A stretch of 63,393 nucleotides of DNA, the filler included, from Rhabdomonas costata (taxonomy: Eukaryota), in assembly GCA_019059605.1 (NCBI GenBank). It is 50 parts of 50 records of this genome, joined end to end, with 100 filler letters (N's around TTAATTAATTAA, not from the genome) between each part and the next. Parts side by side here need not be neighbours in the genome. Positions count along the whole stretch, not along the records: positions 46,988 to 48,157 come from JAHMHO010025225.1; positions 48,258 to 49,427 come from JAHMHO010025226.1; positions 49,528 to 50,697 come from JAHMHO010025227.1; positions 50,798 to 51,967 come from JAHMHO010025228.1; positions 52,068 to 53,237 come from JAHMHO010025229.1; positions 53,338 to 54,507 come from JAHMHO010025230.1; positions 54,608 to 55,777 come from JAHMHO010025231.1; positions 55,878 to 57,046 come from JAHMHO010025232.1; 42 more parts are not named here. The stretch is one strand, 5' to 3'. The notes under the pieces are model-generated. The model saw only the letters and a list, made by a program, of their open reading frames with translations, did no database searches and was not told where the DNA came from. The translations under genes were made by a program, and so were the position numbers. Within the stretch, counting starts at the first letter, position 1. Every line of letters begins with the position of its first letter. This document shows, in pieces, positions 47,545 to 60,954 of the stretch.

Positions 47545-50500
47545 GTGCGTTTCTTTTCCAAACCCAAACCAAAACACAAAGGTCCTCGAAGAAGTCGTGG
47601 AACAAATACCTTTGTAAAATAAAAAAATCGCGCAATCTCTCAGAAGTAAGTGATTTTGTTTTTTCATTGCGTCTTTTTGTCGAGGAAAAATCCTGCCCTG
47701 CAATTTCCCATTCTTGTAGCGGCTTGAGAAAAAAGAAACAGCCGCTCGGGGTGGGACGAACCAAAGCGTGGTGTTCAAAGCAAAAAGAAATAGAAACTCC
47801 ATTTAGAAAAGCCCACTTTCTTTTTTGTAGAAACATTTTGTGAAAAGGCGATTAAACCCCTGTTGGCTTGGAGGACCTGCCCGAGAAGATGGAATAGCTT
47901 GGATTGCACATGCACCACTGCTGCCATTGCTTTCTTCCCCTGCGTCTGTATTGGACGAGATGTAGACATTCTCTCTCCAGGAGTGGCTCCCCGCGGTTCT
48001 CTGTGAGCGAACTCCGCGCACGTCTCCTGTACCACTTTTCGGCTTTTCATTCCTTTCGTCTTCCTTGTTGTGTGTGTTGTTTGCTGCTTGTTGTTTGTTA
48101 TTTATCGTTTGCACGTGTTCTTTCACTGAACAATGGTGACGATAAATAACAAACACANNNNNNNNNNNNNNNNNNNNNNNNNNNNNNNNNNNNNNNNNNN
48201 NTTAATTAATTAANNNNNNNNNNNNNNNNNNNNNNNNNNNNNNNNNNNNNNNNNNNNAGGATGGCCTGCCACTGTGGCCGAAACCTGTCGCAAACCATGA
48301 TGGCCGCCCCGACCTCAGGTTCTGGATGTTTTATGTATACATCCGGGTCGCGCAGGACATTGCGGAGGAGAAGGTGACAGGCGTGTGTGTGTGTGTGTGT
48401 GAAGACAATAGGGGTCTTGGCCGCTCCCCCTCCCACTCCCTCGCCTACTTCCCGATGTTTCGAAAATACTCATCTTTTCCGGTTCCCGGGAAAAGCGGTG
48501 CAGAGACCAGGATCCTCAGCAGATGTCATGCGGGGTGCTTGGACAGGAGATTCAGAGAAACCTGGTCTGCGGATGATCTTGTCCAGCTTTTTTCGCCGAT
48601 TACCTCAGCCAGCTGCGCGCTTTCTTGCGGAGAGATTCGGGGGTTGGCTGGAGACAGTAGATTGTCCTTAACACGCTGTAGCAGTTTTTTTTTGCGTAAA
48701 AACGCCTGGCCACCCACCGGCAGGAAACCAGCTCGATGGCAGCCAATACTAGCCCAGGTAAAAGCCGAGACAAATCGGGTTGTCTTCGGACGCACCTAAG
48801 GCCTGTCCTTCGTCCACCCCGGCCGCCCCGGTGTCTTCGAAGTCGTCAACACGTGCCGTTCCAGCATTAGCGCCGCAGTGCTCCACATGTCCCGCTTAGG
48901 TGGCTCCTACATCTGGATGTGGTGATGCCTCTGGATCCTGCTCGCGTTGGACTGTATCCCGACATTGCTTGCACAAGGTGGGCGCTGCCTCGACTTACCT
49001 AGGTGACTCGCACCTAGACCGTGGCTTCCCTTCTGCACTTCCCGGGGGTCGCTGTGGAGCTGCTTTCCTCGCGCGTCGCCTTTTTGAATTGTGGGGGGCG
49101 CCGACCACTTACCTTCACCAAGCCGGTTTGGAATCTGGAAACCTTTGGGGGCACAGCTTCTGCAAATGACGGGGGGTGTGATGCACGTGTGGCTCTGGGG
49201 GGAGGGCTGCTCTAAATGATCAACTCTGGTTGATCTGAGAACAGGATCTGGTGATCTCTGCAAAATTCTTAGCGGGAATGTGCCTGGAGCTCTCTGCACA
49301 GCACTTGCGCTGGCTGGCATCATGACTGTGGACGACGTGGGCCTCTTTGGTGGGGCGGGAGTGGCCATTTCTCCTGCCCCCTCTAGTTTGGCTGATCTAC
49401 ACTCTTCTGAAATTCTCCAACACCCCCNNNNNNNNNNNNNNNNNNNNNNNNNNNNNNNNNNNNNNNNNNNNTTAATTAATTAANNNNNNNNNNNNNNNNN
49501 NNNNNNNNNNNNNNNNNNNNNNNNNNNGGGTGTGGTGGGCATTAACTCCACCCACAAGTTTGGGCGCTGTGCAGAACCTCAAAGTTGATCCTCTCCGACC
49601 CATTGGGGGTCCCCGAGCCCACCGTAAGAACACTGGAGTTAATGGACCAGTTCCCGCACGGGTTGTACCCCGAAGCGTAGGTCGAGCTTGGGCGCAGCCC
49701 ATCTCGAGGAAAGGGCGATGGGCTTTCAACCGCGGCTGACGCCAGAACAGGAGAGACCAGAACAATGGCGACAAAGAGCAACTTCACGACCCAACGGGTG
49801 TTGAGCTGCATGGTCTTCATTGTAGAGGCTCAAAGACAGAGCAAGCAAGTGGGGTGCTGAGGGCGGGGTCCTGAGAAAGATGATACCAATGCACCCATGC
49901 AGGCGGGAGAGCACGGCGCACATCCAGAACGACTGATTACTTAGAGGGAAATCTGTATGGGGAACCATTTCAACACACCAAAAAAACCACAGCCCAGCCC
50001 AGCTCAAAAACCTCTGACCTCAGGCAGATGTGACGGCAGTCTGAAGTACTCCTGTACCATCATTGGACACACTAAGGACCTCGGTCTGAGAGCTTGAGCT
50101 CTGGTCAGGACCATGAAAAGACCTTAAAAGGGCACTTTGGGGGTTCGAAATCCGATGCGACAATTTTTTGGCCCTTGGCCGCCCTATTCCACAAACTATC
50201 ACTTATCTTTTCTGTGGTGGTTGTTCTTTCGTTTCACTCAAGCGTGCACGCGAGGCGAGAAAAAAGAACAAAAGGGAACATCATCAGTGAAACAAACCTG
50301 CACATGACAGCAATGTAACAAAGCGTCACGTGCGGCCGGTTTCTGTCCCCGGTCCACACACAAGAATTGTACAATACGCCGAGGTCACCCCTTCCCGCAC
50401 CCAACCGCCTTACAACGTCTTGCAACTACTCACGGTCACCGCCTCAAGGCGGGAGCTTCTACTACTCATATCATTCATTGGGCAAACGAAACTTCATTGC

Positions 50501-52213
50501 CCTGATGAGATGGGGTGATCATGCCAATAAAGCAAAGGACCGGGAAGCACTTCAAATTTCAAACGCATTTAATACGATTTTGTTTGTATGTGTACGTTGT
50601 GGGGGTGTTCTTGTGTGACGACATTGAACCTTTACCCAACCCGAACCCTCCAAAAATTCCAGTTTCCTGGCACCAGGTGCCATTGGTACCAACAACANNN
50701 NNNNNNNNNNNNNNNNNNNNNNNNNNNNNNNNNNNNNNNNNTTAATTAATTAANNNNNNNNNNNNNNNNNNNNNNNNNNNNNNNNNNNNNNNNNNNNAGG
50801 TGAAGGATTCGACCATGTGTAAGGTGACCGTACGCAGTGGGCTAAGGCTATGTGAGTTCCGGGTGGAAACGGGGGAGCGAAGATGGGACAGATAGAACCA
50901 AGACTGTCCCAGAAGCAGCGACTCGACGAGGGAGATCACACGTCAGGGGGCGTTCCCTTTGGTGGTTGGGTGCCTGCGTGCTTGTGTGTGTGTGTGTGTG
51001 TGTGTGGTGCCAAGTAAATTGTCAGATGGAATATCAAGTCTGCTGAGTGAAATGCCCTGCTTTTGAGGTTGTTGTTTGAACTTTCGCACCGCCTGCAAGC
51101 GGAAACATCTTGTCCTCAAAAGGTCCGAGTTTCTATTCGGCGGAACACCTAGTGTAAACGATGGTACCCTTAACAGTTTTCACCCCCGTGTTTATGCCGT
51201 GCTGCTTGACGCATAAAGAATACCCATGGGCTTAGGCTGAAACCGCCTGGGGATGCCAAACGCTGATATTAATATTCGGAACAGGAGTAATGACTGTGCC
51301 TGTTCCACATTCAGCTGACTTGAAAGGGCACGTCTGTTTGGTCCTCTTTTCGGTTTGGATCCGTTTTACCGGTGGCATGCCTCCCTGCCTAGACGTTTTT
51401 CTCCCTTTCTGTGTGTCTGCGTGTGCTGTTGTGGTGTATCTTTTTGCGTTTGCGGACTTTCACTCGTTCGGTATGTTCGTGTTTGGTTAAGTGCGAGTGT
51501 GTGTGGCCAAGTGCACCTAGTGTGTGCGTTCCGATAGCTCTGGACACGGTGGGTTGTTTTTCCTGATTTGCCCTTTAGCTGTGTTCGAGCAATGGGGGAT
51601 GCTGGGGTTGCTACCGAAGCGAACCCGAATCTCCGACCTCCGTCAAGAGTGGGCATTGGGCGTTTCTTTGACAGAGGTTATCTATTGCTGGTTTCGCCTC
51701 TTTACCCCTTTCCGGGTTACGTCCTTGTGTACTTCATTTTGTGCGCGTGCGCACGCACGCCTCTCTCTTTCTGTTTTCTTTTCTTTTCTGCAAAGACGGT
51801 TCGAGCAGGTTAGGGATACCAAGAGATACCTCATGAGCTGAGATGTTGTGCAATAGACGTATGGATGGATTGCTCTGCTTGTTGTACCCTTTCCGGCGGC
51901 CCCTTCGGCAAACAATGGGTCTTCTGAATGGGCTGAACCGCTTAACTTTTCAACCCCCCCCCCACAANNNNNNNNNNNNNNNNNNNNNNNNNNNNNNNNN
52001 NNNNNNNNNNNTTAATTAATTAANNNNNNNNNNNNNNNNNNNNNNNNNNNNNNNNNNNNNNNNNNNNTTTGTTGGGGGCTCCTCCATGAAGGGGGGGCGA
52101 TCACCCCACGCCCGCTGGAGGAGGGCTTTGGGGATCAGCCGATTCCCGAGTCGATCTGGGCGGTTATGGAGCACCCTCTGATGGCATGCGTGTTGCCTGC
52201 GCGATGTGCTGCG

Positions 52214-52248
<35 letters not shown>

Positions 52249-52810
52249 CTCTTCAGCCTGCCTCTGGGGTTTGTTCGCTCGTTCGGCAATGGGGACAGTT
52301 GGCGCCTTCTCTGTGGCGAGGCAGTCTCTGTCCTCGAGTGCTCGCCCTTTGTTAAGACAAGCAAAGAAGCGTCAACAGAAGCGCCGCTCCGACAAGACAA
52401 GGTCCGCTCTATTAGGGTTTTCAAGAAGGGCAGTCGGTCAATTGGGTCCCCGGAACCTCCTGCTGCCGCGCTATTACCATGGGTCTCCTGCATACAAAGC
52501 TAAGCCCCATCCACCCCTCCAACGCAACACGAAACGAGTCTCCCGGGCATTCTTGTTTTTGATTGCACTGCGGTTGCGAGCTGACATGCGGCTGTGGTTT
52601 TCTTTGAGCAGTGCCATCAAATGTTGCATGCAGATTATCACAACCTATGGGTGCACAGAGTGGCGCAGCACGCGCGAACAACGCTCATTCAGCATTGCAG
52701 AATTCGAGTTGTCGTGTTGTGGTGCCACACACTGATGTACGAAACCGTCCGCTTCACTCCATCCCCACTTCACCCCCCCCTCCACACACACTACCCCGAT
52801 GTTGGTTCAG

Positions 52811-53111
52811 GTGGTGTGCTTGTTCATCACCTGTGTGGGGTGGGTCTCGATCATCGCGGTGGGAGTGTACTGGACCAGCTGGACCGGCCTGACCACCACG
52901 CTGGGGCACACCGGGCTCAACCTTGCCTTCGTCAGCCTCAGCGCGGGCGCCGTGGCGGAGATTCTCACTCTCAGCGTGCTGCCGCGGCTGAATCTCCGGG
53001 TGGGCAATGTCAACGTCTTCCTGGTGGCCCACCTCTCTGGGGTGCTGTGCACCGGGCTGACCGCGCTTTGCTCCACCCAGCTCGCCGTAATCGCGATTTG
53101 TGCCGCCCTGG
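52811..53111 (+). CDS. Multi-pass membrane protein exon, MFS transporter-like
   Basis: Three to four hydrophobic helices with an LxxRxG-type loop (PRLNLRVG); CAG and GT boundaries. Confidence 0.55.
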
Positions 53112-54613
53112 GTGAAGCTGCTCTCTCTCGCACGCGCGCCGCACTTTTTTGCACTCATATGATCAAGAACGAGCCAAGTATAAATTACCCGATCATGGGA
53201 CTATAAAAGAAGTTGCAGATCGTTTCCACAAACCAACNNNNNNNNNNNNNNNNNNNNNNNNNNNNNNNNNNNNNNNNNNNNTTAATTAATTAANNNNNNN
53301 NNNNNNNNNNNNNNNNNNNNNNNNNNNNNNNNNNNNNTTTTGGGGGGAAGCTTCGGGCTTCCTCTGAGCTCCAGATTCACCGTTGAAAAAGAGCTCAGAG
53401 GAAGCCCGAAGCTTCCCTGCAAAACAAACACAGACGCACACAGAGTTGGGTGTGAGGGGTAAATACTGGTACACACAAATCACAGTCAATTTTGAAACAC
53501 ACTTCACTTCGTGTGTCAGGGCTGCCCACCCTCGATGAAATACAGGCGCATCGGGCCTCACCCTGCTCTTCGCGATTGCGTCTTCTCTATTTCCTGCTGA
53601 GGCGTTCCGTCAGTTCTTGTCGAGCAGGGTTGACTGTTCATGCGGCTCAACATTGTGTGCGTCGGGGCATGGGACCCCGGCGGAAACGCTTATGTACCTC
53701 CTACAGGGCGTCCAACCTTCCGCGCTCGTTCAACGCGATTCGGGCTCTTCAGTTCAATGGGGCCTGGGACCTCGTTCCCACTCTGGCCACCGGCTCGACA
53801 CGTTGGTCGACAATAAAACGATTCGGAAACCGAAAACAGCAGGCAACGCAAAAACCAGAGGGGAAACAGGAGCCACACCAGTGAAGGGACGCGAGGTGGC
53901 GAAGTGGGCTGCTCCGGTTGATACAAAGAAACTAGAGCATCGTTGTCCGTCTCGTAGGCTCTGCAAAACCATAATCCGCAGTAACATATCCACACAAAAC
54001 ACACACTGGAGCACACACATGCGAAATACACAGTGACAGCTTTGCCTATCACACAAACCGAAAAAAAAGGAACGCGATGGAGCCAGTGTGATTCTGGATG
54101 GGTGCTGATGCGCCACTCATGCCTCTCAGCGGTAGTGACGGTCTGCTTCAGGAACTGCGCGAACTCCGGGTGGAAGGCCTGGGGAGCCCAGTCAGCGTAC
54201 ACAGCCTCGAAGCGGGTCTCTTCCTCCCCAACTTCGCTGTCGTAGGCGCGCTGAGAAAGGAGGGAAAGAGGCCAAACCATCAACCCATCCACAATACTCC
54301 CTGAGCGTTTAGAGTTGCCTTTTGTCACGTAATCGCATCGCGACACACAGCGTAACAGATCATTTTGAGCTGGTTTCGAGCATCTTCGCTGCATTTCTCC
54401 TCAAATAAAAAATCACAGGCTTTTTTCCAAGCTGCAAACGCAGCGACAATAGTAAGCCAGAAAAAGGGCTCTCTCACCTCGTGCGCGCCGAAGCAATACC
54501 AAAAAACNNNNNNNNNNNNNNNNNNNNNNNNNNNNNNNNNNNNNNNNNNNNTTAATTAATTAANNNNNNNNNNNNNNNNNNNNNNNNNNNNNNNNNNNNN
54601 NNNNNNNGTTTTG

Positions 54614-54857
54614 GGTTGCTAATCTTAATTCATAAGCTACCACTGAGGACCTTGGGCTTTACCTGTGGTAGCTTAGGAATTCCGGGAACTGCGCCAGAGT
54701 GGTGCCCAAAACGGCCTGAAGGCGGCGAAAGCTGCACATGCTGCACCAGGAGCACCGTATTCAGCCTTTCCTCCGAATTTCCTCGAAACCGACAAGCACC
54801 CTGGTTGCTAATCTTAATTCATAAGCTACCACTGAGGACCTTGGGCTTTACCTGTGG
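54614..54857 (+). repeat. Two identical 55-bp direct repeats (54614-54668, 54803-54857), 189-bp period
   Basis: GGTTGCTAATCTTAATTCATAAGCTACCACTGAGGACCTTGGGCTTTACCTGTGG occurs twice. Confidence 0.9.
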
Positions 54858-55203
54858 GTGTGGAAATCATCCTGAAAACATCTCGTTAGGTGTATTCTTC
54901 CAGTAAAAACAAGCAATTGAAGGTGAACGATTGAACAAGCATTACAAACAAATGTAAAAATTGCCGCTGGCACACCGGCTTGCAGGTGGGCGGACGGAGT
55001 GCTAGCCTACAGTTCTGGGTATGCTAAGCAGGCCCGCCGAAATTAGGCTCAGGGTTCTACCAGGCGGGCCTATCCAGCCTCTTCAGCCGGCCTCCGGAAC
55101 CTCACCAATCGTTGGGGGCCTCATCGGAAAAGGGGGGGGGGGACCATTTATTTCGGCCCCTAACCTCACCCTATTCGCTGGGTGACATCCGCCATGGTCA
55201 CTC

Positions 55204-55240
55204 CCGGACCGGACCGGACCGAACCGGACCGGACCGGACC
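55204..55240 (+). repeat. (CCGGA)n pentanucleotide repeat
   Basis: Read directly from the sequence. Confidence 0.9.
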
Positions 55241-55877
55241 AGCGACCAAACATTGACCTCAGAACTCGAGCTAGAGTGACGAGTTGGGTCTCATATTTGG
55301 TGGTATGGTAGTACTCCTGAGATGCGTTGGTTGGCCGCTTCCCGGCCTCGGACTCTTACTCTGCGCCGAGATATGGGCCCTTCAAGGTCCCGTTTTGACG
55401 CTTTAAGGGCATTTTTGACCAAGAAAAATTTCAAGGGCCTGGGGTGCACTTTTCGGACCTTTTCCAACCTGCATACTGAGCCCAAGCTTTCGGCCGGACC
55501 TTCTTGGCATACCTAAGGGTAAAGCCCAGGAGCACCATTGTCAGTAATTGTCAGTGAAATTGTCAGTAAATGATGAAGCTTGCCATTGTTAAGTGCCGAA
55601 TGAAGATCATCGATGCAACTTTCATTGGGCATATGGATGAAAATATGGATGAAAGAAATCTGTATTCATCCTGGGTGCTCGCACGCAGATCCCATAATCC
55701 TGTTGCGAGCCGCATGGCACCGGTTCACGACACAACAGTACAGAAATCTCCGCCTGCCCTGCGGGTTCCACAAAAACNNNNNNNNNNNNNNNNNNNNNNN
55801 NNNNNNNNNNNNNNNNNNNNNTTAATTAATTAANNNNNNNNNNNNNNNNNNNNNNNNNNNNNNNNNNNNNNNNNNNN

Positions 55878-56794
55878 CGAAAGCCTTCCTTCTCGGCCTG
55901 CAGCCTCACCTGCTGGTTGCACTCGCTGACAACCCTTTGGCGAGCTTCTCTCATTGCTCGCAAGACATCCCCGCAACTGGCACCCTGACGCACCTCTTGC
56001 AGCCCAGTGTCTAGCATAGCCGCTGCCTCCTTCTGGTATCGGGGGTTCAGCTTTTCCTGCTTGTCATTCTTGGGTTCTGTCATGTCTTCAAATATCGAGC
56101 GTGTGATCATTAACTCTGCCAGTTTCTCGAACTTCTCCACTGTGAAGGGCAACACCCAATGCTCGAAAACTTGCGCCCGGGGCCCCAGCACCTGGGGTGG
56201 GTTGGAGGCCGCTGCATCGGGCCGCGAGCTTACCACAACCCGCCGCAGCACACGTTCCCCCATTGCAGCAATCAACTGACCCACGAGACCTCCAGCCTTC
56301 TCCATCTCCTCCCGCACACAAGGAAGAACCTCATCGTAGGAGTCAAGCACCACTACCAAGCTGTTCTCGAGTGCGCCAGCAAAGTCAGCCTTGGTTAAGC
56401 CCATCGTGCACTCCATGAAGCTCAACAAACCACTGCCTTCCGGAGCACAGAGCTCGTTGCCCACCAAAGGAAGGGAGATGAAGATCACAGAGATACCTTG
56501 CTGGGCTTTTAGAAAGCTGTGCTGCAGCAACAACCCAGTGCAGGTCTTGCCCATGCCTCCAGAGGAAAGCACAAGGTCTGTGGGGACTTGCCCATCCACG
56601 CTGGCCGGAGAATTCAACACGCTGCCGCAGAGATTTTGCAGCAGAAGGTAAGAGGGGGCCTCGTGCTGGCGGTCTGAAGTTGCACTGACCGGGACGTACT
56701 TCTCCCGTAGGGGCTCAAACAGGAAGGCCAGCTTGCGCTGCAGGAAGAGCTTCGAGGCCAGGCCCCGCTGGGAGGCTTCCGTGATTGTTGTCAG
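55878..56794 (-). CDS. NACHT-type STAND P-loop NTPase domain (partial)
   Basis: Walker A LVLSSGGMGKT, strand VIFISL, Walker B VVVLDSYDEV, sensor-1 VVVSSRP, then the LPFT motif; more than 300 open codons. Confidence 0.85.
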
Positions 56795-57148
56795 CTGAAC
56801 AACAGAAACCGAGGGCATATACGTCAGCTGCCAATGCTTTCGATACTTAACGTATACAGCAAGCCGAAACATACATAACTGACCGGCGCGGCTCCAGGCT
56901 CCGCTTTCGCCTCAAATGAATTCGGTCAGTACACTGTTCAAATAAAATCGACTGTATCAGATGCCGTGCGCACTTGAAATGCGGGCCCGCCAACCAACTG
57001 CACGGGTGTGCAATGCCAAATTGCTTGCAGAAAGAGAATGGTGATTNNNNNNNNNNNNNNNNNNNNNNNNNNNNNNNNNNNNNNNNNNNNTTAATTAATT
57101 AANNNNNNNNNNNNNNNNNNNNNNNNNNNNNNNNNNNNNNNNNNNNTA

Positions 57149-58316
57149 GTTATAAGACAAAATGGGAAATACACACTGGGTGACGAAGGTAAACTGATAA
57201 AAAAAATTGTAGGGTTTGATGCAAACGCATTATATTTATGGAGTTTATCGCAAGAGATGCCAACAGGTATGTTAAAATATGAAAAATTTGATAATGATAA
57301 AAATATTCATCAATTGATGAAAACTACATATGGTTTTTATGAAGTTGATATACAAGTACCTAATAATGATGAAATGTACAATAAGTTTCTTCACTTTCCA
57401 CCAATTTTTAAAAATTGCACATTGAAAGACAATTCAAAAAAATTAATCAGTTGTATGAGTGCCGAGAGAATACTTATATATTATCCATTACTAAAGTGGT
57501 ATCTAGAACAAGGTTTAGATGTAACAAAAGTACACGGTATGATACATTGTAAACGATGTAAAATATTTAAATCATTTGGTGAACTTGTTTGTGATGAACG
57601 AAGAAAAGGAGACGTGGACATTAACTACAAAGTTATAGGTGAAGAGTGTAAAAACATTGGAAATTCTGCATATGGGAGAACATCAATGAACAAAGCAAAA
57701 CATAACAAAACAACATACGAAGACCGAGCAAAGTATAAAAAATCTGTTGCTACACCATATTTTAGAGACGCCGAAAAATTCGGTGATCTTTATGAAGTTC
57801 AAAAAAGAAAAAGACAAACATATCAAAACATGCCAATTCATATTTCAACAGCTATTTTACAGTATGCAAAATTGAGAATGTTACAATTTGTGTATGAGTT
57901 CTTGTACAAGTATGTTGACCGTGAGAATTTTAATTTAATGTATATGGACACTGACAGTATGTACATGGCTATAACAGCAGATAAATTCGAGTATCTAATC
58001 AAACCAGAAATGAAAGATGAATATATTAAAGATAGGAGTTGCTGGTTCCCAAGAAATGATACGAAAGAAAATGAAAAGTATGATAATAGAACTGCTGGTC
58101 TGTTTAAAACAGAATTTATCGGAGATGGGATGATTTGTTTATCGAGTAAATTATATTATTGTCTTGGTGAACAGAACAAGAAAAATAAGTTTTCTAGTAA
58201 AGGAGTACAGAAAAACAAAAACAGTAAACTTTTAAATTACAAAAATTTTAAGAAAGTACTGTTTACAAATGTTGACATGACATGTGAAAATACAGGGATG
58301 AGACAATTTAATGGTT
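57149..58316 (+). mobile_element. polB: Protein-primed family B DNA polymerase of Polinton/Maverick or Polinton-like virus type (partial)
   Basis: Frame open across the whole contig; motif A IVGFDANALYLW..SQEMPTG, motif B KNIGNSAYG, motif C YMDTDS, then GLFKxE, SKLYY and KxSSKG; intronless and AT-rich. Confidence 0.9.
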
Positions 58317-60703
58317 NNNNNNNNNNNNNNNNNNNNNNNNNNNNNNNNNNNNNNNNNNNNTTAATTAATTAANNNNNNNNNNNNNNNNNNNNNNNNNNNN
58401 NNNNNNNNNNNNNNNNGGGGGGTTGGTGGGCAAAAGTATAAAATACTATGTGAACCTTTTTCGGGCGGCAAAACTTGCTGGGTTGAAGAACATTCAGACC
58501 ACCCCAAAAAATGGACCGTTAACCTTTACCTACTTTTCTGATCACTTGCGCCGGCATCGCCGGTACTGGAAAAAGCAACCACTTTGCAGAACTTATGATG
58601 ACTTGCATCTTGTTGGAACTCAGAAAGTCCATTTGATTTTGTCATTTTCTTTTCTTTTAAATGGCTGGTGGCGTCGTCCCCATCGTGTTGCCATTGCAGA
58701 ATATACAGCGCGGCAATGGTATCTTTTTCACCGCCACCCAAAGGCTTATAAAAGGCTTAAAAGGAGCAACTGTTCCGTGAAGAGCGGTGAAGAATAGTGT
58801 TCGTGTTCACCTGTACACATCAAATTTTCACAGAGCAGGATTGAGATGCCCTTTATATCCATAGGAAGCAAGTTGCGCGAAGGGAAACGTTATCAGGTTC
58901 GGCACCGGGGAACCGGCGGGCGTTGACACACGTCAAAAAAACACAATTCCAGGACGGAGGGTGATAAAAAAACGTCAGTTTTGCTGCCGCAGTGCTTGCG
59001 GCCTTTTGCGGCCGCAGTGCTCGCAAAGGCAAGTTGCTCCGAGTCAAACCGGAATGGGTACCACAAGACGCCAAGATGTCGTGATGTGTTGTGTTTGCAA
59101 TTTTCTGAACCATACGGTGATTACGGGTTTTCATTGGCGTTCTCATAATACGCTGACTTTTTGTGGCTGGGATTCTGGAGGGGCACTGCGTTTGGGTTCT
59201 GGCTTGTGAGCTCCCGAATGCATGTCATAGGTCATCGGTCGGTAAAAAAAACTGCTTGCCCAAAGTTCGATGAGGGTGTCATGTTTCTCTTCGCTTTTGG
59301 TTGGAAATTCAGAGTATTGGTGCGATCCCGACGAAAATTATCGCTGGAAGCAACATCCATTGCGAGATTGGGTTGAAATTTTTGTGGACTTCTGGTCGCG
59401 AATACTTCATAGACCTTCGGGCCAACCTTCCCCAACCTTTCTTCTCACCTGACCCATTCCTTTAATTAGCTCTGCCTTCTCGCTGTTCCGCAGTGCTTCC
59501 TCCCAAGCCAAGAGCGCTGAGACTTCCGTCCTCCCTGACGTCGTCCAAGCCTACCGGGCTGGTGCGGGTCCTTTCCCCCCCCCACNNNNNNNNNNNNNNN
59601 NNNNNNNNNNNNNNNNNNNNNNNNNNNNNTTAATTAATTAANNNNNNNNNNNNNNNNNNNNNNNNNNNNNNNNNNNNNNNNNNNNCCCGTGTGTGGATGG
59701 CCCCCTTGGGGCGACGAGGTGGATTAGATAAGTTAGGCATGTCCAACTTATGACAAACCTCACTTGGCATGTGGCGTGTCAAATGCGAGAGGTTCGCTAA
59801 ATTGAAGAAAAAGGAAACCGAAAATGGTGTCTCGATCGCAAAAAGGAAAGCAACTGGTCAGTCAGTGTCAACACTGGAACACAGTTTTGCCATCCTACAG
59901 CCCTCTGCAAATCCAAATCTGACGTTTCGATGGAATTTTTTCACCTCTCCCCAAAAATTGTCATGCACTATTTACCGCTTTTTTGAAAGGCGGGTGCGGA
60001 TCGCTCCAACACAATTCCTCCCGTGAAGGCATTCCATTCAAGGCAAATGCGTCTATGAGGAAATGAAATGGGTCAAAGTACTTGCATAGAAATCTTGGCG
60101 ATCCAGAAGGTTTTGACACCTTGTTGTGGGTCTCCATCACTCCAAAACCTACATGCGATTTTTTGCTCGGGTTTTTGAATATCAAAATCACGGCACTGCG
60201 GCGCAGGCTCAGGAGATTTGTAACCGTTGGGGTTCGTTTGTTTTGTTTTTTCCTTCACACTCTCAATCTCACCTGGTTGGGCTCCGATCCCCAGGGGCCC
60301 ATATCGGAAATTATCGAAAGAATGGGGAGAATATTTCATCGAAAGTAATAGTCTTAAGTAGTTGTACCCGCCCCCTCGCCCCCGATTTCCGTGATGAATC
60401 CTGGGTTGCGCTCAGATTACCGGATGACCAGTGGAGTGCTCAAGAAACGCGTTGACCGTGGCTTCTGGACCAGGGGAACCCAACATTCTCACTTCACTGG
60501 TGGATCCGTGCAAGTTATTTTGAAACGTTTCTGATTGATTTGACATTGAGGAGTTTGAGCAAAATGCTTATTTACGCGCAGCCGTATTAGATCCGCGGGA
60601 CAGTACTTTTCCACAATAATGCAACCCCGGTTGTGCCGTCAAAGGTTCACCGGTTCATCGTTGTGTTTGCATTCTGAGAGCTCCCAGTCCTTCTTTCGCT
60701 CAG

Positions 60704-60808
60704 GGTTGCCCACATGCCGCAGCTTCACATGTCCCATCGTGTACCTCTCGAAGAACGCTAGCACAGTGTGCGCCACGACCAACTGCACCCAGACGGACTG
60801 CTGCACGG
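60704..60808 (+). CDS. Cysteine-rich module exon (putative surface or secreted protein)
   Basis: GLPTCRSFTCPIVYLSKNASTVCATTNCTQTDCCT between CAG and GTACGC; six Cys; phase 1-1. Confidence 0.5.
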
Positions 60809-60954
60809 GTACGCTTTTGGCCTCCCCACCCATCCCTATCCCTCCCCACACACCNNNNNNNNNNNNNNNNNNNNNNNNNNNNNNNNNNNNNNNNNNNNTT
60901 AATTAATTAANNNNNNNNNNNNNNNNNNNNNNNNNNNNNNNNNNNNNNNNNNNN

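Noticed and set aside
48258-48382. Minus-strand frame lacking an AG acceptor, suggesting a non-canonical intron
   Set aside because: The plus strand gives a clean exon (DGLPLWPKP...QDIAEEK) ending at a GT donor, so no unusual intron is needed
55878-58316. NACHT NTPase next to a viral polB as a linked defence or virus locus
   Set aside because: They lie on different contigs separated by a linker; the adjacency is an artefact of concatenation
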